The notes beneath the pieces are model-generated. The model saw nothing but the letters and a program-made list of their open reading frames with translations. It was not told where the DNA came from and ran no database searches. Below are positions 40,351 to 50,935 of a DNA stretch of 64,000 bases, in pieces (positions within the stretch are counted from its first letter, which is position 1; every line of letters starts with the position of its first letter). Both the position numbers and the translations under genes were made by a program. Origin of the DNA: Sedimentisphaerales bacterium (lineage in GTDB: Bacteria > Planctomycetota > Phycisphaerae > Sedimentisphaerales > SM23-30); contig CAXXMR010000019.1 of NCBI GenBank assembly GCA_963663805.2, positions 64,001 through 128,000 on the forward strand, in the 5' to 3' direction.

Positions 40351-41146
40351 CTAAATATTGTCCGAGTATCTCAGCGGCCCATCGGCAGGCCCAAAATATT
40401 CGGCATAAGTCCGCGGCGTTTCCCAGACCGCGATTCGCCCCAGTCGAGGCTCAGCGAAATGAGGAGCCAGAATATCCCAGAAGACGCGAACCATATTTTC
40501 CACCGTGGGGATAAGATTTTGGAACTGGGGCAGGTCATGGCTGAGGTTTTTGTGATCGAACGGTTCGATGATATGCTGATTGACTGTCTCGTCCAGCTTT
40601 TCCAGACTGATAAGCTGCTGCGACCCTTCAGGCAAGACCGGGGCTTCTACGGTTACTTCCAGCAGATAATTATGACCATGCCCCGCGGCGTTGGAGCATT
40701 TACCGAATTCCTGAAAATTACGCTGGGTATCCCATTCGGCGTTCCAGAGCTGATGGGCAGCGGCAAGTTCATATTTAGCAGTAACTTGTATCACTTGAGG
40801 CTCCTTTGCATAATTCCGGCTAACTCTTAGCGAGGGGTTGAGTTCCAGTGCGGTTTTCAGGCAGATAAAATCCGGAAAATTCTCACTGACAATCTGGCGG
40901 GCCCATTCGAGGATATGGAAATTATCATGCGGCTTGAAGGGTTTTCTGGCAAAGCGTTCGGCGAAAAGCGTCTTTAATACAGGCGACATTAACAAGCAGT
41001 CCGGTCTGAGCATCGGGCTTGCCGCCCAGCGTTACCCAAAGGGTCAGGTATGGTTGAGGAGTAGATAGATCACGGCTGGGGCCGAGCGTGAGCAGGTTGG
41101 TTTCATTATTGAAAGTCAGTTCGAGTCCGCGGGTTAGTCTAATCAT
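40351..41146 (-). CDS. Two-domain 6-pyruvoyl-tetrahydropterin synthase/QueD-family protein, one frameshift near 40965
   Basis: AAAH, GKCSNAAGHGHNY, FDHKNL, PTVEN, WET; degenerate N-terminal domain (G.PD.QTG.LVN) in ORF 40925-41146. Confidence 0.85.
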
Positions 41147-41155
41147 GATTCCATC

Positions 41156-41930
41156 TTATTGGAGAAGGGGCATAAGAGTAAAGTGGATTTGGCCCTCGGT
41201 GATTTTAATATCGGTGATGAGGGCGCTTTTGGTGTCGTTTAGTGGGAACCAGGGGTCAACAGTGAAGGTGTTTTTCTCGATGATGTCGAGTAGGGCGGTT
41301 TGGACCTGCTCACGGTCGATGGGGCTGTCGATTAGTAGTGCGTCCTGGATTTTAGGGCCGTTAGGGCCGAGCGGGGCTAATCGCTGGGCGAGATTGGTGA
41401 GGATTTCGCGCAAAATAGTACGCGGAATAGCGACAGCACCCGCTTGGGGTGGGTTGATGGTGATTTCCAGCAGGTTGTCGGGGGTTATGCGGGGCTGGGC
41501 AGTCAGGGTTATTACCGTTTGGGTGGATTGATAGTTGACCAGGCCCATTAGCTGAAAAGTGTCAGATGTAAGGTGGATTTGAGGGCGGCAAAAATGTGTA
41601 AATATTTCCGGCGACGTGTTAGGCAGAAAACTGGTGTCCTGAGCCAGGACGAGCAGGTCGTTTAAACGGATTTTCGTCGAGAGTGATGGTGAAAGGCGCC
41701 ATTTCGTTGACGTTGTTGTAGATTTCCTGAACTTTTCGGTCACGGTAGATTTCGACTTCACGCTGTCGCTGGGCGGAGAGAGGGGCGGGATGGTAATTTT
41801 GGGGCTTGTAAACCAGAGCGAGATAGCCAGCCAGGAGGATTGATGTTACCAGAATCACAGCGATTAGCAGGCCGACGCAGATTCTGGTGACGGATTTTTT
41901 CCAGCGTTGTGAACCGCTCAAGGGAGTCAT
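41156..41930 (-). CDS. Membrane-anchored hypothetical protein, one frameshift near 41670
   Basis: ORF 41619-41930 (TM, ...FTITLDE) joins ORF 41156-41761 (RLNDLL...). Confidence 0.65.
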
Positions 41931-42152
41931 GGTCTATGTATCCTGTTTATAATCAGTTACGAACCGCTGTAAATTTGGTTCGCTATCTTGCGTAATCGTT
42001 ATAGGCCGTAAATGGCAGCCCGGGCAGGGTGATTATAGCGTTTTTGGTGCCAAAAAACATTCTGTCGGCCGCGGCCATTGTGTTATCATGTTGGAGAGGC
42101 TTATTTATGTCCAGCGATTATTTGACAATTCTACAACTGAACGCACCAGCCG

Positions 42153-42788
42153 ATGGTAGGGCTTTGGATTCGGCCTATCGGCGGAGCCGGGGCGCGGTAT
42201 GAGCGTTTGTGCTCAGCGGGGCCCCTGAAATATTATCGTGTTGATTTGCTGGCGGCGGCGGAGCGGGCCTACTCAATGCTGAAACGCAGTAAGGTTATTA
42301 GGGCGGAGCGGGAACATGACAGCGGTTCGGTGGTTAGTCGCCGGGCGGCGGTACTGAGGCAGGAGGAAGCCCGGCGAGTGAATGGGAGTTACGGCGAGAA
42401 TATGTCGGTGGTGTCTGGCCGAAAGATAGGGAATATTCGTACACTAGGTCAAAACACCGAGCAGCGGCAGCGTGAGCGAGAAGACGAATTCTGTCGGCAG
42501 GTAATTTATCGGCTGGAGGGTGATTTGATTCGCTATGACAGTCGGCAGGAATTACTGAGAATGGCGGGCGAGCTTGAGATTAACCAGTTTCGCTCAAGCC
42601 TGCTCATTGCCCAGATCGTAGAGTCGGTGAGACGGCACGGAGTGTTCGAGCCCACAACCGAGGAACGCAAGCTCTACCAGAAAAAGCAACGCAAAACAAA
42701 CAGCAAACTGAAATGGCTGATAGGTGGACTGATACTGACAGTAGCGGCATTGGTGGACCTGTTAGCGATCAAACTGCTGGGTAGCTAA
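42153..42788 (+). CDS. Hypothetical protein with C-terminal TM helix
   Basis: 211-aa ORF, basic stretch then hydrophobic tail; start uncertain (ATG 42276 possible). Confidence 0.65.
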   Translation: MVGLWIRPIGGAGARYERLCSAGPLKYYRVDLLAAAERAYSMLKRSKVIRAEREHDSGSVVSRRAAVLRQEEARRVNGSYGENMSVVSGRKIGNIRTLGQNTEQRQREREDEFCRQVIYRLEGDLIRYDSRQELLRMAGELEINQFRSSLLIAQIVESVRRHGVFEPTTEERKLYQKKQRKTNSKLKWLIGGLILTVAALVDLLAIKLLGS

Positions 42789-42840
42789 CGAAAAACCTGT
42801 CTAAATTCTTCGCCGTTAAAAATTTTCGTTTTATCTTTGG

Positions 42841-43755
42841 CTAAGTTTGACTCGTATGTTCCGGAACGTTTTCTGTATGTTGACGCCGCCAGTTTTTTTG
42901 ATAATGCCACGCCCACTGAAACGCACCGCTGAACGCGAAAGTCATACTTCCGATAGCAAGTGTCAGCTGAAGTTTCCAGATTAGCAGCAACATTATAATT
43001 ACCGAAGCAACGATGGAACCGAAAGGTTTACGACCGCGTACGTATTGGTTGGCGATGTGCGGGTAACGTATACGACTGACCATAAGCAGACCCATGCCTA
43101 CCGTGATAAACGGCAGGATATATGTAATTACGTCGGCGAAAAACGTAGCGATTTTTGATGCACCGCTGTCGCGAAGTTCTGGCACGAGGTCGCCGTGGAG
43201 CAATACCAGTGAAGCCAGTACCGCCGCTGCCGCGGGCGAGGGCAGGCCTTGGAAGGTCAGGTGGGCGGATTCTTCGTGGTCGTCATTTTCGACGTTGAAT
43301 CGTGCCAATCGAAGAGCGGCACAGCAGACGTACAATACCGACCCGAGCCAGAGTAGTCGGCCCGGCAACGAACCAAAAACAGGGGACACTGGACCAATGT
43401 TCTGTAAACTGCTTTCGACAACCCGAAGCGACAGAAAAGCAGGAGCCACCCCAAAGGAAACAATATCAGCCAGCGAATCCAACTGCCCGCCAAAACTGCT
43501 GGTATTGCGGGACAGACGAGCGATTCTGCCGTCGAGCGCATCAGCGACCATACCCAGGAAAATCATATAGGCAGCAGCGGCGAAAAAGGTCAGTTCGGGT
43601 TTTTGCAGCCACAATCTTTCGGGGTCATTCATGCCGCGGGCGGTGAAATGGATAGCCGCGAACCCGGCGATCAAATTAAGCAGTGTCACCATCGAAGGCA
43701 AAACCGCGATTGTCAAGCGCCGCCGGCGTTTGCGTCTGTGATTTTTTGAACTCAT
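42841..43755 (-). CDS. pssA: CDP-diacylglycerol--serine O-phosphatidyltransferase
   Basis: DALDGRIAR...S.FG.QLDSLAD.VSFGVAP, LRLARFN, FQGLPSP; follows psd. Confidence 0.92.
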   Translation of the reverse strand: MSSKNHRRKRRRRLTIAVLPSMVTLLNLIAGFAAIHFTARGMNDPERLWLQKPELTFFAAAAYMIFLGMVADALDGRIARLSRNTSSFGGQLDSLADIVSFGVAPAFLSLRVVESSLQNIGPVSPVFGSLPGRLLWLGSVLYVCCAALRLARFNVENDDHEESAHLTFQGLPSPAAAAVLASLVLLHGDLVPELRDSGASKIATFFADVITYILPFITVGMGLLMVSRIRYPHIANQYVRGRKPFGSIVASVIIMLLLIWKLQLTLAIGSMTFAFSGAFQWAWHYQKNWRRQHTENVPEHTSQT

Positions 43756-43783
43756 AGGTTTGTCCTGTTCCCCGAAACATTTT

Positions 43784-44461
43784 TTACTTTTTACACTGGG
43801 CCATTACGGTCAGGCCAGCTCGGACGGTGTCGCCCACTTTTATGAATACTTCGGTGTTGACCTCGGCTGGGACGAACAACTCGGTGCGCGAGCCAAATTT
43901 GATCATACCATATTTTTCGCCGGAGGTCACCTTGTCGCCGACCTCTACGCCGCAGACGATGCGGCGGGCGATGGCTCCGGTGATTTGCTTGACCATGATT
44001 TTTCCTGCGGGGTGTTCGGGGCATTCCATGCCGAGGCAGTTAGCGGTGTTTTGGGCCGAGGCCGCTTCCGATCGTAGTGCGTTAAGGCATTTGCCCGGAT
44101 GGTACTGCACATATTTAACTTGACCCGCACAGGGGGCACGGTTGATGTGGACATCTAATACGCTCAGGAATATGCCGATACGCAAGGCGGGGCCTTTGAT
44201 GAATTCGGCTTCCTCGACCTGGCAAATGTCGGTTATTTTACCGTCGGCAGGTGACAGCAGGCCGCCTTCCACGACGGGAGCGGTGCGTTTGGGGTCACGG
44301 AAGAAAAGTGCCGCTGCGACCATCAGGATTAGAATAACTATATGAATCCAGGGGAACGCGATTTTGGGCCAACCAGCAGCTAAAAGCAACAGGGCGACGG
44401 CGGCGATTATCGCGATAACAAGGAGTTCACGACGTCCGTAAGTTGTAAAAGGTAGAGTCAT
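43784..44461 (-). CDS. psd: Phosphatidylserine decarboxylase (PSD-A type)
   Basis: FFRDP.R, SPADG, IFLS.LDVH.NRAP, GMIKFGSR (GS self-cleavage). Confidence 0.93.
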   Translation of the reverse strand: MTLPFTTYGRRELLVIAIIAAVALLLLAAGWPKIAFPWIHIVILILMVAAALFFRDPKRTAPVVEGGLLSPADGKITDICQVEEAEFIKGPALRIGIFLSVLDVHINRAPCAGQVKYVQYHPGKCLNALRSEAASAQNTANCLGMECPEHPAGKIMVKQITGAIARRIVCGVEVGDKVTSGEKYGMIKFGSRTELFVPAEVNTEVFIKVGDTVRAGLTVMAQCKK

Positions 44462-44628
44462 AAGCAAAATTTTCCGGGTTTCCGTTGCAAAATCAACTAT
44501 CTTGGCCTATTATCGCGCCCTTGTCGGATGCAATCAAGCGCCGTCTGACAATATTATCCCGATGGATGTAGTTGGGGCCGGTGAGATTAGTAAAGTCGCC
44601 CGGCCTTATGGACCGATAACTAACTTAG

Positions 44629-45948
<1,320 letters not shown>

Positions 45949-45967
45949 TTAAACAGAAAGTAAGTTA

Positions 45968-46471
45968 ATGACTCAGGGCACCCCTGACAGCACAGGCAGT
46001 ACCACCCAGATTTCTCTGCGGTATTTCTGCTTTGTGCTGTTAGCGGGTGCTGGTCTTTTTGCCTTGGCGATAGCTTTTCTGGCGGGGCCTCTGAACACCT
46101 ATTACGCTGACCAGGCGGCTTTGAACGTTCAGCAAAAGCGGCTGGACAAACTCAACGAGCTGATTGAGCAGCAGAATGAGCTTATCGCTAATGCCAATGT
46201 CCCTTCCGTGCTGGAACGGGTGGCTATTACGAACCTGAACTATCAGCCTGCCTCTGAGATTCCCGATGCCAAAAGGCCGCCCCTGCCCAGAGCCTGGCCT
46301 AATCTGGAAAACGCTCTAAAAAAACTTGAAGCGTCCGATTCTCAGCCGCCAAAGCCTTTAGAGAAATGGGCCGCTATCTTCGCCAAACGCCCTCAGACAT
46401 TGTTAATTCTAACTATTCTGGGTTCGGCACTACTGCTGACCAGCGTCACTTTTTTCTATCGTCAGAGTTAG
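45968..46471 (+). CDS. FtsB/DivIC-like membrane protein with an additional C-terminal TM
   Basis: N-terminal TM, coiled coil, LERVAITNLNY resembling the E..AR..LG motif; position after eno. Confidence 0.5.
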   Translation: MTQGTPDSTGSTTQISLRYFCFVLLAGAGLFALAIAFLAGPLNTYYADQAALNVQQKRLDKLNELIEQQNELIANANVPSVLERVAITNLNYQPASEIPDAKRPPLPRAWPNLENALKKLEASDSQPPKPLEKWAAIFAKRPQTLLILTILGSALLLTSVTFFYRQS

Positions 46472-46503
46472 AGGCCTTGGGTTATTCGGTTCTCTAGCAA
46501 CAA

Positions 46504-48216
46504 TCAGGGTATATACAAGGTTTGGGTTGATGACGGGGCGACGGTGGTCTTGCTGGATTTGGAATCTTCCACACGCCAATATACGGTACTGTCGCCGTCG
46601 TCTTTTTTCTGAAGTTTCGAGATATATTTGTCGGTTAGTTCAGCCTGTGTCTGGCCCTTCTTGACCTTGAGGGTTACGAGGCTTTTCTTGTCGCTGAAAT
46701 CGCCGGTGGTTGAAAAAACAACCACAGGTTTTTGGGCCAGGGTTGGGGCCGTGAAGGAAAATACCAGTGATTCGCCCGCTACGGCGGTGGCTGAGTCTTC
46801 CGGAGTAAGGGCAGTCATTTCCAGCGGACTCCAGTAGAGGTCGTGGCCGGTTGATGATACATCTGATTTTTTGCTGCTGCCGACTACGCGCCAGGTTAGG
46901 TGCTGGTCGTCGTTATCTCTAACGAGAACCTTGAGCCAGTCTTTGGCGGAAACCTGGGTGGTGTTGTTTTTGGTGCGGATTTTGACGGCCACAACGTGGT
47001 CGTCGTCATTGAAGTCGCCGGTGAGGGCAAACTCCAGCTGGAGTTTTTCGGTGATGTCAGGCAGGGGCAGCCAGCGGAAAGTAAGCTCGGTAAGGTCGTC
47101 CGTGACAGCCGAATCTGCCGGAGCAAAAAGGGCAACCTGATCCACTTGGTCGGCTAAAGCCGCGAGAGTTGTCAGGACGCTTTCTTCTTTGTCGGCGATG
47201 TCGTCCAGCAGGGCCGGGATTTGCGACCAGTCGGTCTGGGAGTATTGCAAGATGTCGGCCCAGTTGGTGCATGACTGACGCCAGAGGACAGCCAGTTCGT
47301 CGAGTTCGAGATTTTCGAGATAGTCGGCGAAATAGGGTCGCTGATTGTCGAAGACGGGTCGCATGGTGCTGTCGAGTGCGTATTCGGGATTTTCGCCGTC
47401 ACGGAGAGCGGCGGCCAGGGCGCGAATAGCGTCAGGACCGATGGTTTCTTTGGGGGTGCCGACCAGGGCATCCAAAGCTAGCCACGCCAGCGTCCAGGAG
47501 TCATCGGCCAGTGAGGGGGTGTCGGTAATGTGTATCATTATATATGGCGGAGCGGGATTTTGGGGGTTCAGATTGGGGGTCAATCTCCAGCCAGTGAGAA
47601 AATCCTGCCAAGCCAGTGCGATGTTTTCTTTGGTGCCGGCCTCGCCGTTGTCGGTGTAGTAAATGTAATCGGTGTCGTAACCGTGAACAACGACACGGTG
47701 GTCAGCGTGGGGGTAAATGTTATCCAGATAGTACATGTCAACGTGAACCTGAACCGGCAGGCCCGAAGCGATGAGGGTTTTGAGTTCGGTAATCGCTTCC
47801 TGTTCGGATTGGAAAATGGTCAATGTTTCGGCAACTTCGGATTCCGCGAGAGGGTCGCAGTCACTGTCGCCATATCCGACGTGAAGACCTACTCCGCAAA
47901 GTCGCGACATATCAACTAAAGGTCCGGCCTGAAGCCAGCGGGGGTGACTGTAAATGCGGTCGCCGCTGATGCCGGACATCCAGGCGGCCTGGGTCATGTC
48001 GCTGGAGCGAACCGCTAACTGATATGAGGGCAGGTTAGGCTCGTCAATGAAATAGGCCAGCAGGTTGCCAAAACTGGCGACGTGACACATCCCCTGTTCC
48101 CAACCGATATTATGCACACCTTCGATATAATATGAGTCGGGCAGTTGGGCTGATAAGCTAGCGGTGAAAGAGAGAAAAAGGATTAAAGCAAGTTTGAGAG
48201 ATGATGGTTTAGTCAT
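46504..48216 (-). CDS. Secreted papain-fold (C39/BtrH-like) cysteine peptidase with two C-terminal repeated beta domains
   Basis: Signal peptide; GMCHVAS (Cys), HRVVVHGYD (His), YTDN (Asp); repeats TGDF.D ... WRV twice. Confidence 0.65.
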   Translation of the reverse strand: MTKPSSLKLALILFLSFTASLSAQLPDSYYIEGVHNIGWEQGMCHVASFGNLLAYFIDEPNLPSYQLAVRSSDMTQAAWMSGISGDRIYSHPRWLQAGPLVDMSRLCGVGLHVGYGDSDCDPLAESEVAETLTIFQSEQEAITELKTLIASGLPVQVHVDMYYLDNIYPHADHRVVVHGYDTDYIYYTDNGEAGTKENIALAWQDFLTGWRLTPNLNPQNPAPPYIMIHITDTPSLADDSWTLAWLALDALVGTPKETIGPDAIRALAAALRDGENPEYALDSTMRPVFDNQRPYFADYLENLELDELAVLWRQSCTNWADILQYSQTDWSQIPALLDDIADKEESVLTTLAALADQVDQVALFAPADSAVTDDLTELTFRWLPLPDITEKLQLEFALTGDFNDDDHVVAVKIRTKNNTTQVSAKDWLKVLVRDNDDQHLTWRVVGSSKKSDVSSTGHDLYWSPLEMTALTPEDSATAVAGESLVFSFTAPTLAQKPVVVFSTTGDFSDKKSLVTLKVKKGQTQAELTDKYISKLQKKDDGDSTVYWRVEDSKSSKTTVAPSSTQTLYIP

Positions 48217-48349
48217 AATATATTTTCCTTTCACATGAGAGTTGTTAGGAACCTGTATATACTCCTGACGTGATGCACAGAGTAATAAACCGGGCGCAGA
48301 CTAACTCTCAGAGGAGGTTTTGGCAAGTTAATTTCTCGCTAACGCCCAT

Positions 48350-48375
48350 AAAAAACCCCACGGCAAGCGCGGGGT
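48350..48375 (-). terminator. Terminator after rhaA
   Basis: ACCCC.CG/CG.GGGGT stem with a U-run on the minus strand. Confidence 0.75.
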
Positions 48376-48406
48376 CGATAGTGTTGATAGAAAAAGTTCA
48401 GTTTTC

Positions 48407-49669
48407 TCAGCGTTTACTGAGTACCTGACTTTCATAGTTTTTGATTTCGGTAATAAGTTCAGGCCCGGTGGGGATATTATTCTTGTGACAGTAATAATCC
48501 CAGACACTGCCGAATGGTAAGGTGCGACCTTGCTCCTGAAGGGCCAGCCGGGTGAAGCCGTCATTGTTTCTTTCGGCTTCGAGCAATTGTTTGTAAGGCT
48601 GCAAGAAGGCCAAGAGCAGGCATTTGAGCATGGCTTGAGTGCCGACCACCCACGCGCCGATACGGTTGATACTGGCGTCAAAGAAGTCCAGGCCGATATG
48701 AATATTGTCGAGACGATTCGAGCGGATGATTTCTTCGGCGAGAATTTTTATTTCGTCGCTCATAATAACCACGTGGTCGCTGTCCCAGCGGACGGGGCGG
48801 CTGACGTGCAGCAAAACTTCATCACAGAAAAGCAGGGTGCTGGAAAGTTTATCCGCGACAAGTTCGGTAGGATGGAAATGGCCGGTGTCGAGACAGACCA
48901 TAAGGTCATTTTTGAGGGCATAGCCCATATAAAATTCGTGGCTGCCGACGACAAAAGACTCCGAGCCGATACCGAAAAGTTTTGATTCGACGGCATCTTT
49001 CATATGGCCTTTATCGTGACGGGTTTGATAGATGGTGTCGAGTGATTGTTTGAGGAACTGCCGCAGGCCCATGCGGTCCACGGGCACATCTTTAGTGCCG
49101 TCGGGAATCCAGAGATTATGGACGGCGGGGCTGTAGAGTTGTTTGCCCATTTCGGCGGCGATTTTTCGGGCTCGGCTGACGTGCTCGATCCAGAAATCGC
49201 GGATGGCGGCGTTGGGGCTGCTGAGTGTCAGGCCGTCGTCGGCTTTGGGGTGGGAAAAACAGGTGGCGTTGAAATCGAGTTTGAAATTCTGAGCCTTTGC
49301 CCAGTCGATCCAGCCTTGATAGTGGGCGGGTTCGATCTGGTCGCGGTCGATTTTTTTGCCCTGAAATTCACCGTAAATCGCATGGAGGTTGAGGCGATGA
49401 TGGCCGGGGATTAAGGATGCGGCCTTTTCCAGGTCGGTGCGTAACTGTTGATGGGATGTGGCTTTACCGGGATAGTTGCCAGTGACCTGAATGCCGCCGC
49501 CGGCGAGTTCGGAATCGGGCGTTTCAAAACCGCCGACGTCGTCGCCCTGCCAGCAGTGGATGGAAATGGCGATTTTTTCGAGCTGTTCCAGAGCGGCGGC
49601 AGGGTCGATGCCATATTGGGCGTAAACGTCCTGCGCGGCCTGATAGGCCTTTTCAATGGAATTAGTCAT
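48407..49669 (-). CDS. rhaA: L-rhamnose isomerase
   Basis: SIHCWQGDDV.GFE, LNLHAIY, DAVESKLFGIGSE, HVSRPVRWDSDHV, GLDFFDASINR. Confidence 0.97.
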   Translation of the reverse strand: MTNSIEKAYQAAQDVYAQYGIDPAAALEQLEKIAISIHCWQGDDVGGFETPDSELAGGGIQVTGNYPGKATSHQQLRTDLEKAASLIPGHHRLNLHAIYGEFQGKKIDRDQIEPAHYQGWIDWAKAQNFKLDFNATCFSHPKADDGLTLSSPNAAIRDFWIEHVSRARKIAAEMGKQLYSPAVHNLWIPDGTKDVPVDRMGLRQFLKQSLDTIYQTRHDKGHMKDAVESKLFGIGSESFVVGSHEFYMGYALKNDLMVCLDTGHFHPTELVADKLSSTLLFCDEVLLHVSRPVRWDSDHVVIMSDEIKILAEEIIRSNRLDNIHIGLDFFDASINRIGAWVVGTQAMLKCLLLAFLQPYKQLLEAERNNDGFTRLALQEQGRTLPFGSVWDYYCHKNNIPTGPELITEIKNYESQVLSKR

Positions 49670-49985
49670 TTTTGTACTCCTACTTCAATGATTAACTAAT
49701 TTGCAATTCGTAATGATGATGGAATTGAGGGGCATTTTCAAGAGGGTTTTTGGACCGTTTTTTTAGGTTTTTTGGGATTTTCGGAGCGTTTTTTTTAGAT
49801 TTTTTCTTGTTTTTTACGTTTTTGGCGAAAGGGAACTATACTATATTACCTTTTTTTGGTGATTTCTGGCGAAAAAGTGCCATATAGTACAGTTTTTGTG
49901 AAGATACCTTGAAGGCAACTGCAACGGTATTTTTGTTGGCCGAGATGGGCGGGATTTTCGCAAAATGTTTTTTTGGAAAAAAAAT

Positions 49986-50033
49986 TTGACGGGGTGGTTG
50001 TTTGGTGGTATATTGTATATATATAAACAATAT
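49986..50033 (+). promoter_or_regulatory. marR promoter with overlapping palindromic operator
   Basis: TTGACG-N17-TATATT (TG-extended); 24-bp near-perfect palindrome ATATTGTATATATATAAACAATAT at 50010-50033. Confidence 0.7.
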
Positions 50034-50056
50034 GGATATTAACAAGGTGGTTTTTT

Positions 50057-50521
50057 ATGTCGCTGGATGTTGAGTTGGGATTGCGGGGCGAGATACGTCC
50101 TTTGGGGCGGGAGGCTTTGATGAATGTTTATTATACTGCCTTGTGTATTCGGAAGCGGGCGGAGGATTTACTTCGGCCTATGGGTCTTAGTGATGTTCAG
50201 TTGAATGTGCTTTTGATGCTGGCGGAGCAGGGTGGTGAGGATGGTTTGAGTCAGTCGCGGATAAGTGAGATGCTGCTGGTGAACCGGGCGAATGTTACTA
50301 GTCTGGTTGATAGAATGGAGCGGGATGGGCTGGTTGAGCGGCGAAAGGCGTCTGACCGTCGGGTTAAGATGGTTTGTCTGACGGAGCTGGGCAGGGGGGT
50401 TCTGGAGCGGGTTCGGCCTGTTTATATGCGTGAAATCAGCGAATCGGCGACGCTGGATGAGGATGAACAGCGGGAGTTGATACGGTTGTTGGAGAAGGTT
50501 CGGGCGGGAATCAGACATTAG
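50057..50521 (+). CDS. MarR-family transcriptional regulator
   Basis: GLS..QLNVL, SQS.I, NVT.LVDRME..GLV.R, DRR...LT..G. Confidence 0.93.
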   Translation: MSLDVELGLRGEIRPLGREALMNVYYTALCIRKRAEDLLRPMGLSDVQLNVLLMLAEQGGEDGLSQSRISEMLLVNRANVTSLVDRMERDGLVERRKASDRRVKMVCLTELGRGVLERVRPVYMREISESATLDEDEQRELIRLLEKVRAGIRH

Positions 50522-50535
50522 GAAGAAGGCATGAG

Positions 50536-50755
50536 GCAAGAGGCAGTAGTGAACGGCGTGGTTTCGGCCTTTGGCCGAGGGTTTTTATTTTAACGTCAAC
50601 GGCAAGGTGCCTGCCTTCGGCAGGGGTTGTTTTTATTTTCAAACAAGAAAAGAAGAGATTTGCCCCCTTTTTTGTCCTTTTTTTTGTTTTAAGAAGGCAA
50701 GAGGGATGAAGCAAGAGGCAGTAGTGAACGGCGAGGGGCGGCCTTTTGGCGGCAG
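50536..50755 (+). repeat. Intergenic repeat cluster: 23-bp direct repeat plus three AACGGC-hairpin units
   Basis: GCAAGAGGCAGTAGTGAACGGCG at 50536-50558 and 50711-50733; hairpins TCGGCC-TTT-GGCCGA and CCTGCC-TTC-GGCAGG. Confidence 0.8.
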
Positions 50756-50935
50756 GAGTCGTCGTATTTACAGGTGTGTAAGTTATTGCTATAAATAGGT
50801 TTTTGTTTTATTTAGTTTGTTGATGTTGAATAAAATGATATTGAGGATATAATATCGGGATTGCTGTTTCAGGGCATTTGGCCCGTGGAGGTTCAGCTAT
50901 TTTCTGGATATTGTCGCGAAAGGAAATGTTCAGCT

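Noticed and set aside
50521..50760. Possible CRISPR mini-array
   Set aside because: Only two exact 23-bp copies 175 bp apart, no regular spacers and no cas genes; treated as a REP-like repeat instead
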